From IMG/VR virus record IMGVR_UViG_3300032167_000010: DNA of 64,000 bases; one strand, written 5' to 3'. The translations under genes and the position numbers were made by a program. Under the pieces are notes generated by a model. The model was not told where the DNA came from. It was given only the letters and a program-made list of their open reading frames with translations, and ran no database searches. Each line of letters starts with the position of its first letter. Positions within the stretch are counted from its first letter, which is position 1. Below, piece by piece: positions 17,187 through 25,108 of the stretch. The DNA comes from a virus (Duplodnaviria > Heunggongvirae > Uroviricota > Caudoviricetes).

Positions 17187-17215
17187 TTTACAAATTTTGT
17201 TAAATGTGATATAAT
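17187..17215 (+). promoter_or_regulatory. early-class promoter
   Basis: TTTACA 17187-17192; TGtgaTATAAT ending 17215. Confidence 0.7.
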
Positions 17216-17271
17216 ATATATGTAAATAAGTGAATGACACTTATAAAAAATAAAAAGGACGGAAACACATT

Positions 17272-17475
17272 ATGGAAAAAAAGTATGAAATTAGTTATTT
17301 TAGAAGTACAGGAAAACCTGACGAAGTCGTAGACAGAGACACGATGGAAGATATTGTTTATGAGTTAGAAAGTTTTGAAAGAGACGATGTAAACATGATA
17401 CACGAACTTGAACCTGACGGTAGTTTAGGAAAAACTATTTGGACTGAAGAAGAAGGTTTATTCGTACTTCTTTAA
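17272..17475 (+). CDS. hypothetical acidic protein
   Basis: ORF track; SD AAAGGACGGA. Confidence 0.5.
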   Translation: MEKKYEISYFRSTGKPDEVVDRDTMEDIVYELESFERDDVNMIHELEPDGSLGKTIWTEEEGLFVLL

Positions 17476-17502
17476 TTAGTTCTATCTAATAAATTTACAT
17501 AG

Positions 17503-17540
17503 AATAAAGTCTTATTAAATTAAGACTTTATTTTTTTTCA
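17503..17540 (+). terminator. rho-independent terminator
   Basis: aataaagtctta-ttaaat-taagactttatt plus T8. Confidence 0.65.
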
Positions 17541-17558
17541 AAAACTTGTTAAAAACAG

Positions 17559-17587
17559 TTTACTTTTCCGGTAAAATATGGTATAAT
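17559..17587 (+). promoter_or_regulatory. early-class promoter (-35 TTTACT variant)
   Basis: TTTACT 17559-17564; TGgTATAAT ending 17587. Confidence 0.6.
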
Positions 17588-17615
17588 ATATATAGAATAA
17601 AGAGGAGATTTTATT

Positions 17616-17852
17616 ATGATAAGTTTTGAAGATTATTTTTGGGATTGTAGAATAAAGAGTTATGATAAGAAAGTTCTAAATGGTAAATTTCCAATTAGAA
17701 AACTTGTAAATAGATGTCAAAAAGTTAATTGGGACAAAATGGAAGAAGTTTCTAAATTAAAAAGTTTTCAAATTTATAACTATTTAGAAAACAATCACGA
17801 CTTATTAGAAAAACTTTGGGAGTTAGAATTTGGAGTGAGTATTCATTCTTAA
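17616..17852 (+). CDS. hypothetical protein
   Basis: ORF track; SD AAGAGGAGA. Confidence 0.5.
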   Translation: MISFEDYFWDCRIKSYDKKVLNGKFPIRKLVNRCQKVNWDKMEEVSKLKSFQIYNYLENNHDLLEKLWELEFGVSIHS

Positions 17853-17866
17853 TAGGAGGAAATAAA

Positions 17867-18283
17867 ATGATTAAAGAAATTGTTAAAGACGCAGAGTTCT
17901 TAACACAAAAATCCGAACAAGTAAGCATAGAAGAAGCACAAGAAATTATTACTGACCTTCTAGATACTGCTAATTATCACATCGACAATTGTTGTGGTTT
18001 GGCAGCACCTCAGATTGGAGTACATAAAAGAGTAATAGTTATTAGAAATGGAAATACTTTCTTCCCTATGATTAACCCTGTGGTTATTAAGAAGGATGGT
18101 AGAAAGTTTGTTAACAACGAAGGTTGCCTTTCTTTGGAAGGAACTAGATCGGTAGACCGTTACTCTTCGGTCCTTGTTGGATATCTTGATAAGTCTGGCA
18201 AGAGAATAGTTAAAACTTTTAACGGACTTCTTGCTATCATTATTCAACATGAGACTGACCATCTTAATGGGATACTTATTTAG
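17867..18283 (+). CDS. def: peptide deformylase
   Basis: PDF motifs GLAAPQIG, EGCLS, QHETDHLNG (HExxH); ATG after TAGGAGGAA; ORF track 17816..18283. Confidence 0.8.
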   Translation: MIKEIVKDAEFLTQKSEQVSIEEAQEIITDLLDTANYHIDNCCGLAAPQIGVHKRVIVIRNGNTFFPMINPVVIKKDGRKFVNNEGCLSLEGTRSVDRYSSVLVGYLDKSGKRIVKTFNGLLAIIIQHETDHLNGILI

Positions 18284-18294
18284 GAGTACATAGT

Positions 18295-18585
18295 ATGGTG
18301 AAGTTTAAACTATTACAGATTAGAGATATAGATAACTGCAGTTATTCTTTTCTTGGATTTAATACCGCCAGACAGATGGGCTTTTCACTAAATGACTATG
18401 AAGTTGTTTATGAAGATGAAGTGGGATCTGTAGATGACGAAGATGCCTTGGAGTCGCTGTTCTACATTTTTAATGCCGACTGTCCTGAAGACTTCAAAGG
18501 TAGATCGATGTCGGTCAGTGACGTAGTAGAACTAGATGGAAAGTATTACTATACAGATATTGTAGGATTTAAGGAAATTAAGTAA
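18295..18585 (+). CDS. hypothetical acidic protein
   Basis: ORF track; SD TAGGAGTA. Confidence 0.5.
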   Translation: MVKFKLLQIRDIDNCSYSFLGFNTARQMGFSLNDYEVVYEDEVGSVDDEDALESLFYIFNADCPEDFKGRSMSVSDVVELDGKYYYTDIVGFKEIK

Positions 18586-18598
18586 GGAGACATTGATT

Positions 18599-18856
18599 AT
18601 GAAGAAGAATATAATTAAAACAACTGCTGGATGTTGTCCTAAATGTCATCGTCCTAATAAACAAATAGTAGAAGGTAAGTACCCAATGTACGATAGGTTC
18701 GAGGATACTATTACTAAGTACTTCATCTGTGAGGGATGCTTAACTGAGTATTATGAAAAGTTTAATCTTGAATATGCCGGCTGCGAAGTAATCGAACTTA
18801 CTGAGAACGGTTACGGTGTGGTTGCGTACGACGCACTCGGTACTGAGGTAAAGTAA
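18599..18856 (+). CDS. Zn-ribbon protein
   Basis: ORF track 18593..18856; CPKCH..CEGC; ATG after TAAGGAGA. Confidence 0.5.
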   Translation: MKKNIIKTTAGCCPKCHRPNKQIVEGKYPMYDRFEDTITKYFICEGCLTEYYEKFNLEYAGCEVIELTENGYGVVAYDALGTEVK

Positions 18857-19134
18857 TGAAATACTACCACGGAACCTCTATTGTTGGCCTAGAAGAAATA
18901 CTACCACCAATAGATACTAATAATTTAAGAGAGGATTTTAGATCAGGTTTTCAGGACTGTGTGTTTATTACTCCTCTAAAGAAGTCTGCAGAAACCTATG
19001 CCAGAAAATGTGCAGCTAAGTTTGGAGGAACTCCTACTGTTTATGAAGTAGAGCCAGTTAATCCAATTAGTCTAAACGTAGGGCAGTACGTCTGTGATAA
19101 AGCTTTTGTACTGGATAGTTATGAGGTAAAGTAA
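18856..19134 (+). CDS. hypothetical protein
   Basis: ORF track; ATGA overlap with upstream gene. Confidence 0.5.
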   Translation: MKYYHGTSIVGLEEILPPIDTNNLREDFRSGFQDCVFITPLKKSAETYARKCAAKFGGTPTVYEVEPVNPISLNVGQYVCDKAFVLDSYEVK

Positions 19135-19135
19135 A

Positions 19136-19351
19136 ATGACATACACTATTGAATTGGATAAGTATGATTTAGCTAGACTTAAACGTATAGTAAAAGATGC
19201 ACTGCAAAGAGAACTTAAAGCTATAGACGTTTCTATAAAATGTAATGATGAAAGTGGTGAGGCTTTGGCAGACTATGAAGCTACACAACTTATGATGTTA
19301 TTGGGAAAATTGGATAATGTTATTCCAGTAGCAGATAAGATTACTGTTTAA
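19136..19351 (+). CDS. hypothetical protein, paralog of 37543..37751
   Basis: shared IELDK..L..LK.IV.D....LDNVIP[IV]ADK pattern. Confidence 0.55.
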   Translation: MTYTIELDKYDLARLKRIVKDALQRELKAIDVSIKCNDESGEALADYEATQLMMLLGKLDNVIPVADKITV

Positions 19352-19364
19352 GGAGATCCTAACT

Positions 19365-19559
19365 ATGGAACCTATGAACGAAGAATATAAAGAAGAACTA
19401 AAGAAAGAACTCGGTAATGCTATTGCCGCCTACGGACAGATCTTAACTAAAGCTTTTCTAGGAATTAGCACACCTAAATTCGAACATCTGATGAGGTGCA
19501 CCGAAGATGAACTAAGACATAAGATGCAGATGCTTAAAGACTTTCATAGTGCGTTATAA
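19365..19559 (+). CDS. hypothetical protein, paralog of 20755..20949
   Basis: ~50% identity over 64 aa (ME.MN.EYK.EL..ELGNAIAAY.Q.L). Confidence 0.55.
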   Translation: MEPMNEEYKEELKKELGNAIAAYGQILTKAFLGISTPKFEHLMRCTEDELRHKMQMLKDFHSAL

Positions 19560-19560
19560 A

Positions 19561-19617
19561 ATATTTAAGGTAGCCTATTAAAAATAGACTGCCTTTTATT
19601 GTATAGTATAATAATTA
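19561..19617 (+). repeat. terminator/promoter junction repeat, copy 1
   Basis: aatatttaaggtagcctatta..ttattgtatagtataat; near-copy at 20381-20437. Confidence 0.5.
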
Positions 19618-19635
19618 GAACAGGAGAACTGATTA

Positions 19636-19899
19636 ATGAAAAAATATAAGTTTAACGTTAACCGTTACATGTATGTAAAACTAACCGACTTCGGTAAGGA
19701 AAAGATTATTGAGAAGTGTGGTTATGGATACTTCGAGCATTGTATAGAGAACAAGAAACAACCAGACGGATACTACCAGCTTCAGGCACATGAAGTGATG
19801 AACTTATTAGGTGAGTATTGCTATAATGGTGCTCTTCAATTACCATTTGAACTTGATGTATACTTTACTGATGAAGACCTTAAATCTGTGGAGGATTAA
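19636..19899 (+). CDS. hypothetical protein
   Basis: ORF track; SD CAGGAGAA. Confidence 0.5.
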   Translation: MKKYKFNVNRYMYVKLTDFGKEKIIEKCGYGYFEHCIENKKQPDGYYQLQAHEVMNLLGEYCYNGALQLPFELDVYFTDEDLKSVED

Positions 19900-19900
19900 T

Positions 19901-20191
19901 ATGAGCGTAGTAAAAGAAGCATATGGTTATGGTGCTTCACATTGTAAATTAACTTATAGATATGCTATTACTAATATGCCAGAAGAAGATTCCGTATTAA
20001 TAGAATCAGTAGAGTACATAATGAATAAAGCCTTTTATGCAGCCGAAGCTGAGATAGAAAAAGAACTTTACAAGAGAGGATTAATGACCTGTAATGCTTA
20101 CCTTTACCGTATTGATGACATGCGTGTAAATGGTAATTACTTAGTACAAGACTATATTAAAGAACTAGATGCTAAGTATAAGGAGAACTAA
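19901..20191 (+). CDS. hypothetical protein
   Basis: ORF track 19811..20191; ATG after GTGGAGGA. Confidence 0.5.
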   Translation: MSVVKEAYGYGASHCKLTYRYAITNMPEEDSVLIESVEYIMNKAFYAAEAEIEKELYKRGLMTCNAYLYRIDDMRVNGNYLVQDYIKELDAKYKEN

Positions 20192-20192
20192 T

Positions 20193-20375
20193 ATGACATT
20201 TGTAGAATTTACAGAGATGACTTACGGAGTAGACCGTTGGCAGATCTTCTTTAACGGTAAATGGATCGTCGGAACAGATACCCTAGACAGTAAGTATTAC
20301 GATATGACTATTACTGGATTTGACTTCGAAGCCGATGATTATGGAAGGATTACCTGCACGGTAGATTTAAAATAA
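20193..20375 (+). CDS. hypothetical protein
   Basis: ORF track 20169..20375; ATG after AAGGAGAA. Confidence 0.45.
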   Translation: MTFVEFTEMTYGVDRWQIFFNGKWIVGTDTLDSKYYDMTITGFDFEADDYGRITCTVDLK

Positions 20376-20380
20376 CTAAA

Positions 20381-20437
20381 AAATATTTAAGGTGGTCTAT
20401 TAATAATGGGTCACCCTTTATTGTATAATATAGTAAG
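20381..20437 (+). repeat. terminator/promoter junction repeat, copy 2
   Basis: aaatatttaaggtggtctatta..tttattgtataatatag. Confidence 0.5.
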
Positions 20438-20463
20438 TAAACAAATTATGTCGAGGTAGATAT

Positions 20464-20568
20464 ATGAATCCTTTAAATATTATTGCTCAAGTTGCATTAG
20501 TAGTTGCTACAGGCCTTAGCATTACATATATAATATACCTAATAACTGATTTAGTAAAAAGGAAATAG
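20464..20568 (+). CDS. hypothetical 34-aa hydrophobic peptide
   Basis: ORF below track cutoff; SD GAGGTAG 8 nt upstream; single TM-like helix. Confidence 0.35.
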   Translation: MNPLNIIAQVALVVATGLSITYIIYLITDLVKRK

Positions 20569-20572
20569 TACA

Positions 20573-20755
20573 ATGAGCATAAGTACAACTACAGATAACT
20601 TCTTTTTTGACAAGTGGCATACTCAATATTTAGATCAAACTGAGGAGCCTGCTTATAGCGATACGCTTAACGGAAAGAAGATAAGTATTTCTAAGACAGA
20701 GAATATAGTATTAACTATTCCTATAAAAAGATTAACCGGTGGGGAGGTAAAATAA
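20573..20755 (+). CDS. hypothetical protein
   Basis: ORF track; SD AAAGGAAA. Confidence 0.45.
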   Translation: MSISTTTDNFFFDKWHTQYLDQTEEPAYSDTLNGKKISISKTENIVLTIPIKRLTGGEVK

Positions 20756-20949
20756 TGGAACAGATGAATGCAGAATATAAAAAAGAACTAAGAACAGAAT
20801 TAGGAAATGCGATTGCAGCTTATGCCCAAGTTTTGCGTAGAGCCTCTGAAGGAATTCTTACACCAGGATTTGCGCCTTTATTAAAATGCTCTGAATTAGA
20901 ACTGAGGTACAAATTAGAAATACTCAAAGAGTTATATAATAGCTTTTAA
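20755..20949 (+). CDS. hypothetical protein, paralog of 19365..19559
   Basis: ORF track; SD GGGGAGGT. Confidence 0.55.
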   Translation: MEQMNAEYKKELRTELGNAIAAYAQVLRRASEGILTPGFAPLLKCSELELRYKLEILKELYNSF

Positions 20950-20960
20950 GGAGAATTAGT

Positions 20961-21377
20961 ATGGATAAGAAATTAGCGTATCAAATACAAATACACCTTT
21001 GTACGGATGGTGACTTTGCTTTTAGAAAGGATTTATTATGGGATGATTTCTTTACTAATGATTGTAGAGAGATTCTTATTTGTGGTGAAGAGGACTTCGT
21101 ATGTAATATCTATGAAAAAGATATGAGCCGTTGTAAGTGGGACCCTGGTGAATGGTCAATGTATACAGCTAGAAGTACTTTTGAACAATACATATCTGCA
21201 ATGCATGTCTTGCATACCCACCTATATATTTGGCAAGATTTATTAGAGTGCCTCGAAAAGCTAGAGAGATGGATCTACCATCGTGAGACATTTGAAAATA
21301 AAGATTATTTTACTGCTTATATGTACGGAAACTATGAGGGTACAGAATTTACTATAACAAGAATCGAGGAGAACTAG
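20961..21377 (+). CDS. hypothetical protein (138 aa)
   Basis: ORF track; SD AAGGAGAA. Confidence 0.55.
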   Translation: MDKKLAYQIQIHLCTDGDFAFRKDLLWDDFFTNDCREILICGEEDFVCNIYEKDMSRCKWDPGEWSMYTARSTFEQYISAMHVLHTHLYIWQDLLECLEKLERWIYHRETFENKDYFTAYMYGNYEGTEFTITRIEEN

Positions 21378-21378
21378 T

Positions 21379-21624
21379 ATGGAATTTATATTTGGAGATA
21401 TAATATATAAGTATGAGGATGGACATATTTATTATAAAACGGACTATGGTACTTACCATTATTTTTGTCCGGTGCTTAGAGAGCTAGAAGAAATACTAGG
21501 GCTCTTTACAGAAGAAGGACAGATAACTATTTTAGAAGCTATTGTTCATGGCTGTCTGTATGGATATAGCGACGGTAAGAAAGCAAAGATTAGCGAAATT
21601 AGAAGAGCGCTTGATATAGATTAA
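21379..21624 (+). CDS. hypothetical protein
   Basis: ORF track; SD CGAGGAGAA. Confidence 0.5.
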   Translation: MEFIFGDIIYKYEDGHIYYKTDYGTYHYFCPVLRELEEILGLFTEEGQITILEAIVHGCLYGYSDGKKAKISEIRRALDID

Positions 21625-21636
21625 GGAGGACTTGTT

Positions 21637-22041
21637 GTGGAACAAAAAGAAATAGCAATCCAATGTTTAGAAAGACTCGACATCTATAAACCTTACATTA
21701 GAAAGTTTAAATCAAAAGCCGGCATTCCCTGCTTCTTTGAAAACTTCGGTGGATACTATGTAGATCAAGAACCTGAGATCTGGAACAAGGTAAAAGAAGT
21801 AGAAAAAGAATACGGTGGTCTAGTCTACGCCCTTACACATGAGAGAACTAACATTGGGGAAACCTGGTCGATGTTATATATACCGAAAGACTGTGAGATT
21901 GTTGAAGATGTTCTTGATCCGATTAACTCAAAAGAATTCTATGTCTTTGCTTACGTCTGGAATAAAGATGACGACTGGTGCTCAGAGTTCGGCGACATCG
22001 TAGTAAGGTCCTTCGGTGGTGGCATAAAAAGAATTGGTTAA
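21637..22041 (+). CDS. hypothetical protein (GTG start)
   Basis: ORF track; GTG 6 nt after AAGGAGGA. Confidence 0.5.
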   Translation: MEQKEIAIQCLERLDIYKPYIRKFKSKAGIPCFFENFGGYYVDQEPEIWNKVKEVEKEYGGLVYALTHERTNIGETWSMLYIPKDCEIVEDVLDPINSKEFYVFAYVWNKDDDWCSEFGDIVVRSFGGGIKRIG

Positions 22042-22048
22042 TTAATAG

Positions 22049-22077
22049 TTTACAAAACTTCTTTCTTGTAGTATAAT
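22049..22077 (+). promoter_or_regulatory. early-class promoter (isolated copy)
   Basis: TTTACA 22049-22054; TATAAT 22072-22077; 17 bp spacer. Confidence 0.6.
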
Positions 22078-22160
22078 GTATCTGTATTCTGTTGAGCTGA
22101 TTTATATTAGTATCATTACTCAAAGGGGCTGACTATCTTAATTGGTAGTCGGTCTTTTTA
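22078..22160 (+). ncRNA. candidate ~80-nt small RNA (promoter + terminator unit without ORF)
   Basis: no SD or ORF between TATAAT (22077) and terminator hairpin gactatc-ttaatt-ggtagtc + T5 (22130-22160). Confidence 0.35.
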
Positions 22161-22163
22161 TTT

Positions 22164-22173
22164 GCTAAATTAT
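22164..22173 (+). promoter_or_regulatory. late-type promoter motif (copy 2)
   Basis: tatttGCTAAATTATTTaga 44 nt upstream of ATG 22217. Confidence 0.5.
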
Positions 22174-22216
22174 TTAGATAACTTATTAAATTAATAAATT
22201 TAAGGGGGCTCTCATA

Positions 22217-22741
22217 ATGAGACAAACTATAAAAGAATCGTCTAACAACAATAATATTTTATATACCAAATCTTCTGGAGAATATCTAGAGGCAAATAGC
22301 AGTGGTCATGGTTATGCTGCATATAATAAGTTCAACGTATATCTCGGACATATTAGTGCCGACTCTGATGAAGAGGCTATTAATAAGTTCATGGCTAAAG
22401 AGCCTGAATATGAGTCTTTAGAAGAAGCTACTAATTATGATTTTACCAGATATAAACTACACGCAGAAATAGTAATCGAAAGAGAGTACGGGGAAGATGC
22501 TGAATATCACTTAATGAATTACCATAAGTACTATCAAGCCTTCGAACCTGAATATATCTTATTATATGAATTAATAGACCAAGGCAAGTTTATAATAGTT
22601 ACTACAAGTAATGATGCAATAGAAGAGTTTGATACTATAACAGAAGCTAATAATTACTGGGATGAGTTCTTCTCTGAACCTGAAGATGAAGAATCTTTTG
22701 TAAAAGATGCCGCAGATAACTGGCATACACAAGAGTGGTAA
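22217..22741 (+). CDS. hypothetical acidic protein (174 aa)
   Basis: ORF track; SD AAGGGGG. Confidence 0.55.
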   Translation: MRQTIKESSNNNNILYTKSSGEYLEANSSGHGYAAYNKFNVYLGHISADSDEEAINKFMAKEPEYESLEEATNYDFTRYKLHAEIVIEREYGEDAEYHLMNYHKYYQAFEPEYILLYELIDQGKFIIVTTSNDAIEEFDTITEANNYWDEFFSEPEDEESFVKDAADNWHTQEW

Positions 22742-22760
22742 GATACTGATTTAAATACAT

Positions 22761-22792
22761 AAAGACCTTTCAAGTAATTGAGAGGTCTTTTC
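22761..22792 (+). terminator. rho-independent terminator
   Basis: aaagacctttc-aagtaattg-agaggtcttt plus T-run. Confidence 0.65.
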
Positions 22793-22796
22793 TTTT

Positions 22797-22806
22797 GCTA
22801 AATTAT
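22797..22806 (+). promoter_or_regulatory. late-type promoter motif (copy 3)
   Basis: ttttGCTAAATTATCTaga 39 nt upstream of ATG 22845. Confidence 0.5.
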
Positions 22807-22844
22807 CTAGATATTAATTCTTGATAAAAGGCGGAACTTGCTAA

Positions 22845-23456
22845 ATGAACTTTAATGATGTATATTCTACACTAGAAACTTTATATGAAGCGAAGAGGGT
22901 AATCCATGATGCAGACATCCTTTACCACTTCACTAACCCGACACCATTCTTAAAGATCTTTAAAGAGGATTGCTTACGCGCAGACGTTCATCTAGACGCA
23001 GTTTGTCTAACCACAGATAAGGACTACCAGATCTACGGGTATCCCTGTGGCATCCAGTTTAGTCGTAGCAAATTAACCCAGGCAGGTTACGATCTAGTTC
23101 CCTTTGATGAATTCGAAGATGACCCAGAATCTAGAGGAGAATCAGAGGAGCGCATCTATGGGAACATTAATAACATGTCTAACTACGTAACTGCCGTCTA
23201 TATAAATTGGGAAAACATCTCATTAGTACAAAGTGCTGAGGGGGACAGAATAGCAGATGCTGTATATGATGAGCAAGGAAATGAAGATGAGACCTATGAC
23301 TTAATGCTAGAAGAATTCAGGTCCTTACTATCAGAACTAAAGGGTAGAGGAATTAGAGTAGTAGAGAAAGGTTACCCGGTGACCGGTGAATATTATTTAG
23401 ATACAGACGGGACTCTTCAGTATGGTCAGATGCCAGCACTTAGCACTGCGAGCTAA
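22845..23456 (+). CDS. hypothetical protein with N-terminal MNFNDVYSTLETLYEAK motif; locally GC-richer
   Basis: ORF track; SD AAAGGCGGAA; N-terminus shared with 52078 and 51302 proteins. Confidence 0.6.
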   Translation: MNFNDVYSTLETLYEAKRVIHDADILYHFTNPTPFLKIFKEDCLRADVHLDAVCLTTDKDYQIYGYPCGIQFSRSKLTQAGYDLVPFDEFEDDPESRGESEERIYGNINNMSNYVTAVYINWENISLVQSAEGDRIADAVYDEQGNEDETYDLMLEEFRSLLSELKGRGIRVVEKGYPVTGEYYLDTDGTLQYGQMPALSTAS

Positions 23457-23474
23457 TTTAGTTAATTAAATATT

Positions 23475-23510
23475 TAAAGACTCTTCTATAAAACGAGGGT
23501 CTTTTATTTT
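23475..23510 (+). terminator. rho-independent terminator
   Basis: aaagactc-ttctataaaac-gagggtcttt plus T-run. Confidence 0.55.
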
Positions 23511-23581
23511 TACTTAAACAATTAAATTTGGAATCTTGACATTGTATAATATAATATAAAAAATTATACGGAGAAATAGAT

Positions 23582-23971
23582 ATGAAATTTAATCAAGTTG
23601 AAACTACTTTTATTTGTCAGTTTAGTAAGCCAGCAAACATAGCGATGCTCGAAGGATATAAAACACGTAGAGACAAAAGTAATAAAGAACTTGCTAATTA
23701 CTATCGAGATATAGTTTGCGCTCTTGCTAATACACCGGCGTGGGGAGTATCTGGCGTTAATAAGATGATGAATGAACTTACTGCAGCAGTTAGAGCATCT
23801 CTTACTAAAGCAAAGAAAGGTAAGACTTCTGCGTATGCTCACGCAAATAAGCTTCTTACTTATGTCGCTCATTTCGGTAACGAAGATGCCAAGCCTTGCT
23901 ATAGTGGTAGATATAAGTTAGCGCCTATTCTTACGACTGAAGAATTACTTCAATTAGAAACAATGGTTTAA
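23582..23971 (+). CDS. hypothetical basic protein (129 aa)
   Basis: ORF track; SD ACGGAGAAA; upstream TTGTATAATATAAT. Confidence 0.55.
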   Translation: MKFNQVETTFICQFSKPANIAMLEGYKTRRDKSNKELANYYRDIVCALANTPAWGVSGVNKMMNELTAAVRASLTKAKKGKTSAYAHANKLLTYVAHFGNEDAKPCYSGRYKLAPILTTEELLQLETMV

Positions 23972-23980
23972 GGTATACAT

Positions 23981-24370
23981 ATGGCACCTGAATTAATCCT
24001 ATCAATAGTATCCCTAGGACTATCCACTATCACAAGTATATTAACATTAACCATAAATGCAAAGATAGGTAGACTTAATAACCTTGAGGCTGAACATAAA
24101 TACAAGAAACACATAACTAAATTTGAACTTAGCTTTAAAGATGAAGAATGGCTATTTAACCTAATGAAGTCAGATGAATTTCATAACTATGATAACAAGA
24201 GCCGACGTTTAATTCACAAGTGGTGGCGAGAATATAGTAAAACATATCTGCCTAAAAAACTAAAGGCTACGCTGCCTAATAGCCATGACTTTAGTGGTGT
24301 AATATTACGTTGCCCACCTCCTGTTGAAGTTCCTGTTGAAGACTGCTGCGATATTGATAAAGAGGATTAA
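23981..24370 (+). CDS. membrane-anchored protein
   Basis: ORF track; N-terminal TM helix; SD AAGGTATA. Confidence 0.5.
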   Translation: MAPELILSIVSLGLSTITSILTLTINAKIGRLNNLEAEHKYKKHITKFELSFKDEEWLFNLMKSDEFHNYDNKSRRLIHKWWREYSKTYLPKKLKATLPNSHDFSGVILRCPPPVEVPVEDCCDIDKED

Positions 24371-24466
24371 GGAATTAGTCTTCTTTTTTTTTATTTACAA
24401 AAATTTATTAAATTCTGAAATAAAAGATCGTATAATATAATGATAGAAATTTTATGAGGTACATTT

Positions 24467-24781
24467 ATGTATAATGTTGTAGGCTATAAAAATAAACCAG
24501 CTGTAGTAATGAGTAAGAATGATAGTGTAGCATCTGTTATGTATTTTATAGAAGAAGATAATATGATAAAAGCTGCTATAGACACTGTTTATGATAAAGC
24601 GTTGATAACCGATTACGTTTGTCCGTATGCAGATGCAACCCACCCAACCAGAATTTACTGTAGCGGCGGTAAGTGTATGTACATGATGAACTCACCGGCA
24701 GAATTAAACTATGTTTGTCTAAAATGCTTAAACGAATCTTTATTAAGCAAAGCTGCGGATGAAGGTATTATAGAGAGGTAA
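24467..24781 (+). CDS. Cys-rich hypothetical protein
   Basis: ORF track; SD TGAGGTA. Confidence 0.5.
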   Translation: MYNVVGYKNKPAVVMSKNDSVASVMYFIEEDNMIKAAIDTVYDKALITDYVCPYADATHPTRIYCSGGKCMYMMNSPAELNYVCLKCLNESLLSKAADEGIIER

Positions 24782-24784
24782 CTT

Positions 24785-24925
24785 ATGGAATTTATTTTAA
24801 CTTGTAAATCAGATACCCAAAGTGGATATGCTGTAATGACTATCTGTGGTAGTAACTTAGACCTTGCCCTCTGCGAGTATGAAGGTAGCCAAGAAGATAT
24901 TGTATCTATAGTGAGGGTATTTTAA
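24785..24925 (+). CDS. hypothetical 46-aa protein
   Basis: ORF below track cutoff; SD GAGAGGTAA 6 nt upstream. Confidence 0.35.
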   Translation: MEFILTCKSDTQSGYAVMTICGSNLDLALCEYEGSQEDIVSIVRVF

Positions 24926-24929
24926 AAGT

Positions 24930-25088
24930 ATGTTCATTAAATTCATTTTAGATAATAAAGAAGTTACTTATGAAGAACTACAGCAAGCAATGAAGAATTT
25001 AGATGCTGGATTTGGCTATAAATATTTTTTTAAATTAGACGATATTAAAAGTGATGGTACCTTAATATTTGAAAGACTAATTGTATAA
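24930..25088 (+). CDS. hypothetical 52-aa protein
   Basis: ORF below track cutoff; fills the gap, weak SD. Confidence 0.3.
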   Translation: MFIKFILDNKEVTYEELQQAMKNLDAGFGYKYFFKLDDIKSDGTLIFERLIV

Positions 25089-25108
25089 GTTATGTTGGAG
25101 GCTAATCT

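Noticed and set aside
1040-17600. Repeated ~70-bp elements as a possible CRISPR array or terminal repeats.
   Set aside because: Spacing is irregular (0.3-3 kb), each interval holds genes with SDs, and the elements have full promoter geometry.
22077-22133. 18-codon ORF (MYLYSVELIYISIITQRG) in the sRNA candidate region.
   Set aside because: It starts inside the -10 hexamer, has no SD, and is too short to support.
23536-23556. TTGACA hexamer next to TGTATAAT as a canonical -35/-10 pair.
   Set aside because: TTGACA abuts the extended -10 with no 16-18 bp spacer, so it is coincidental.
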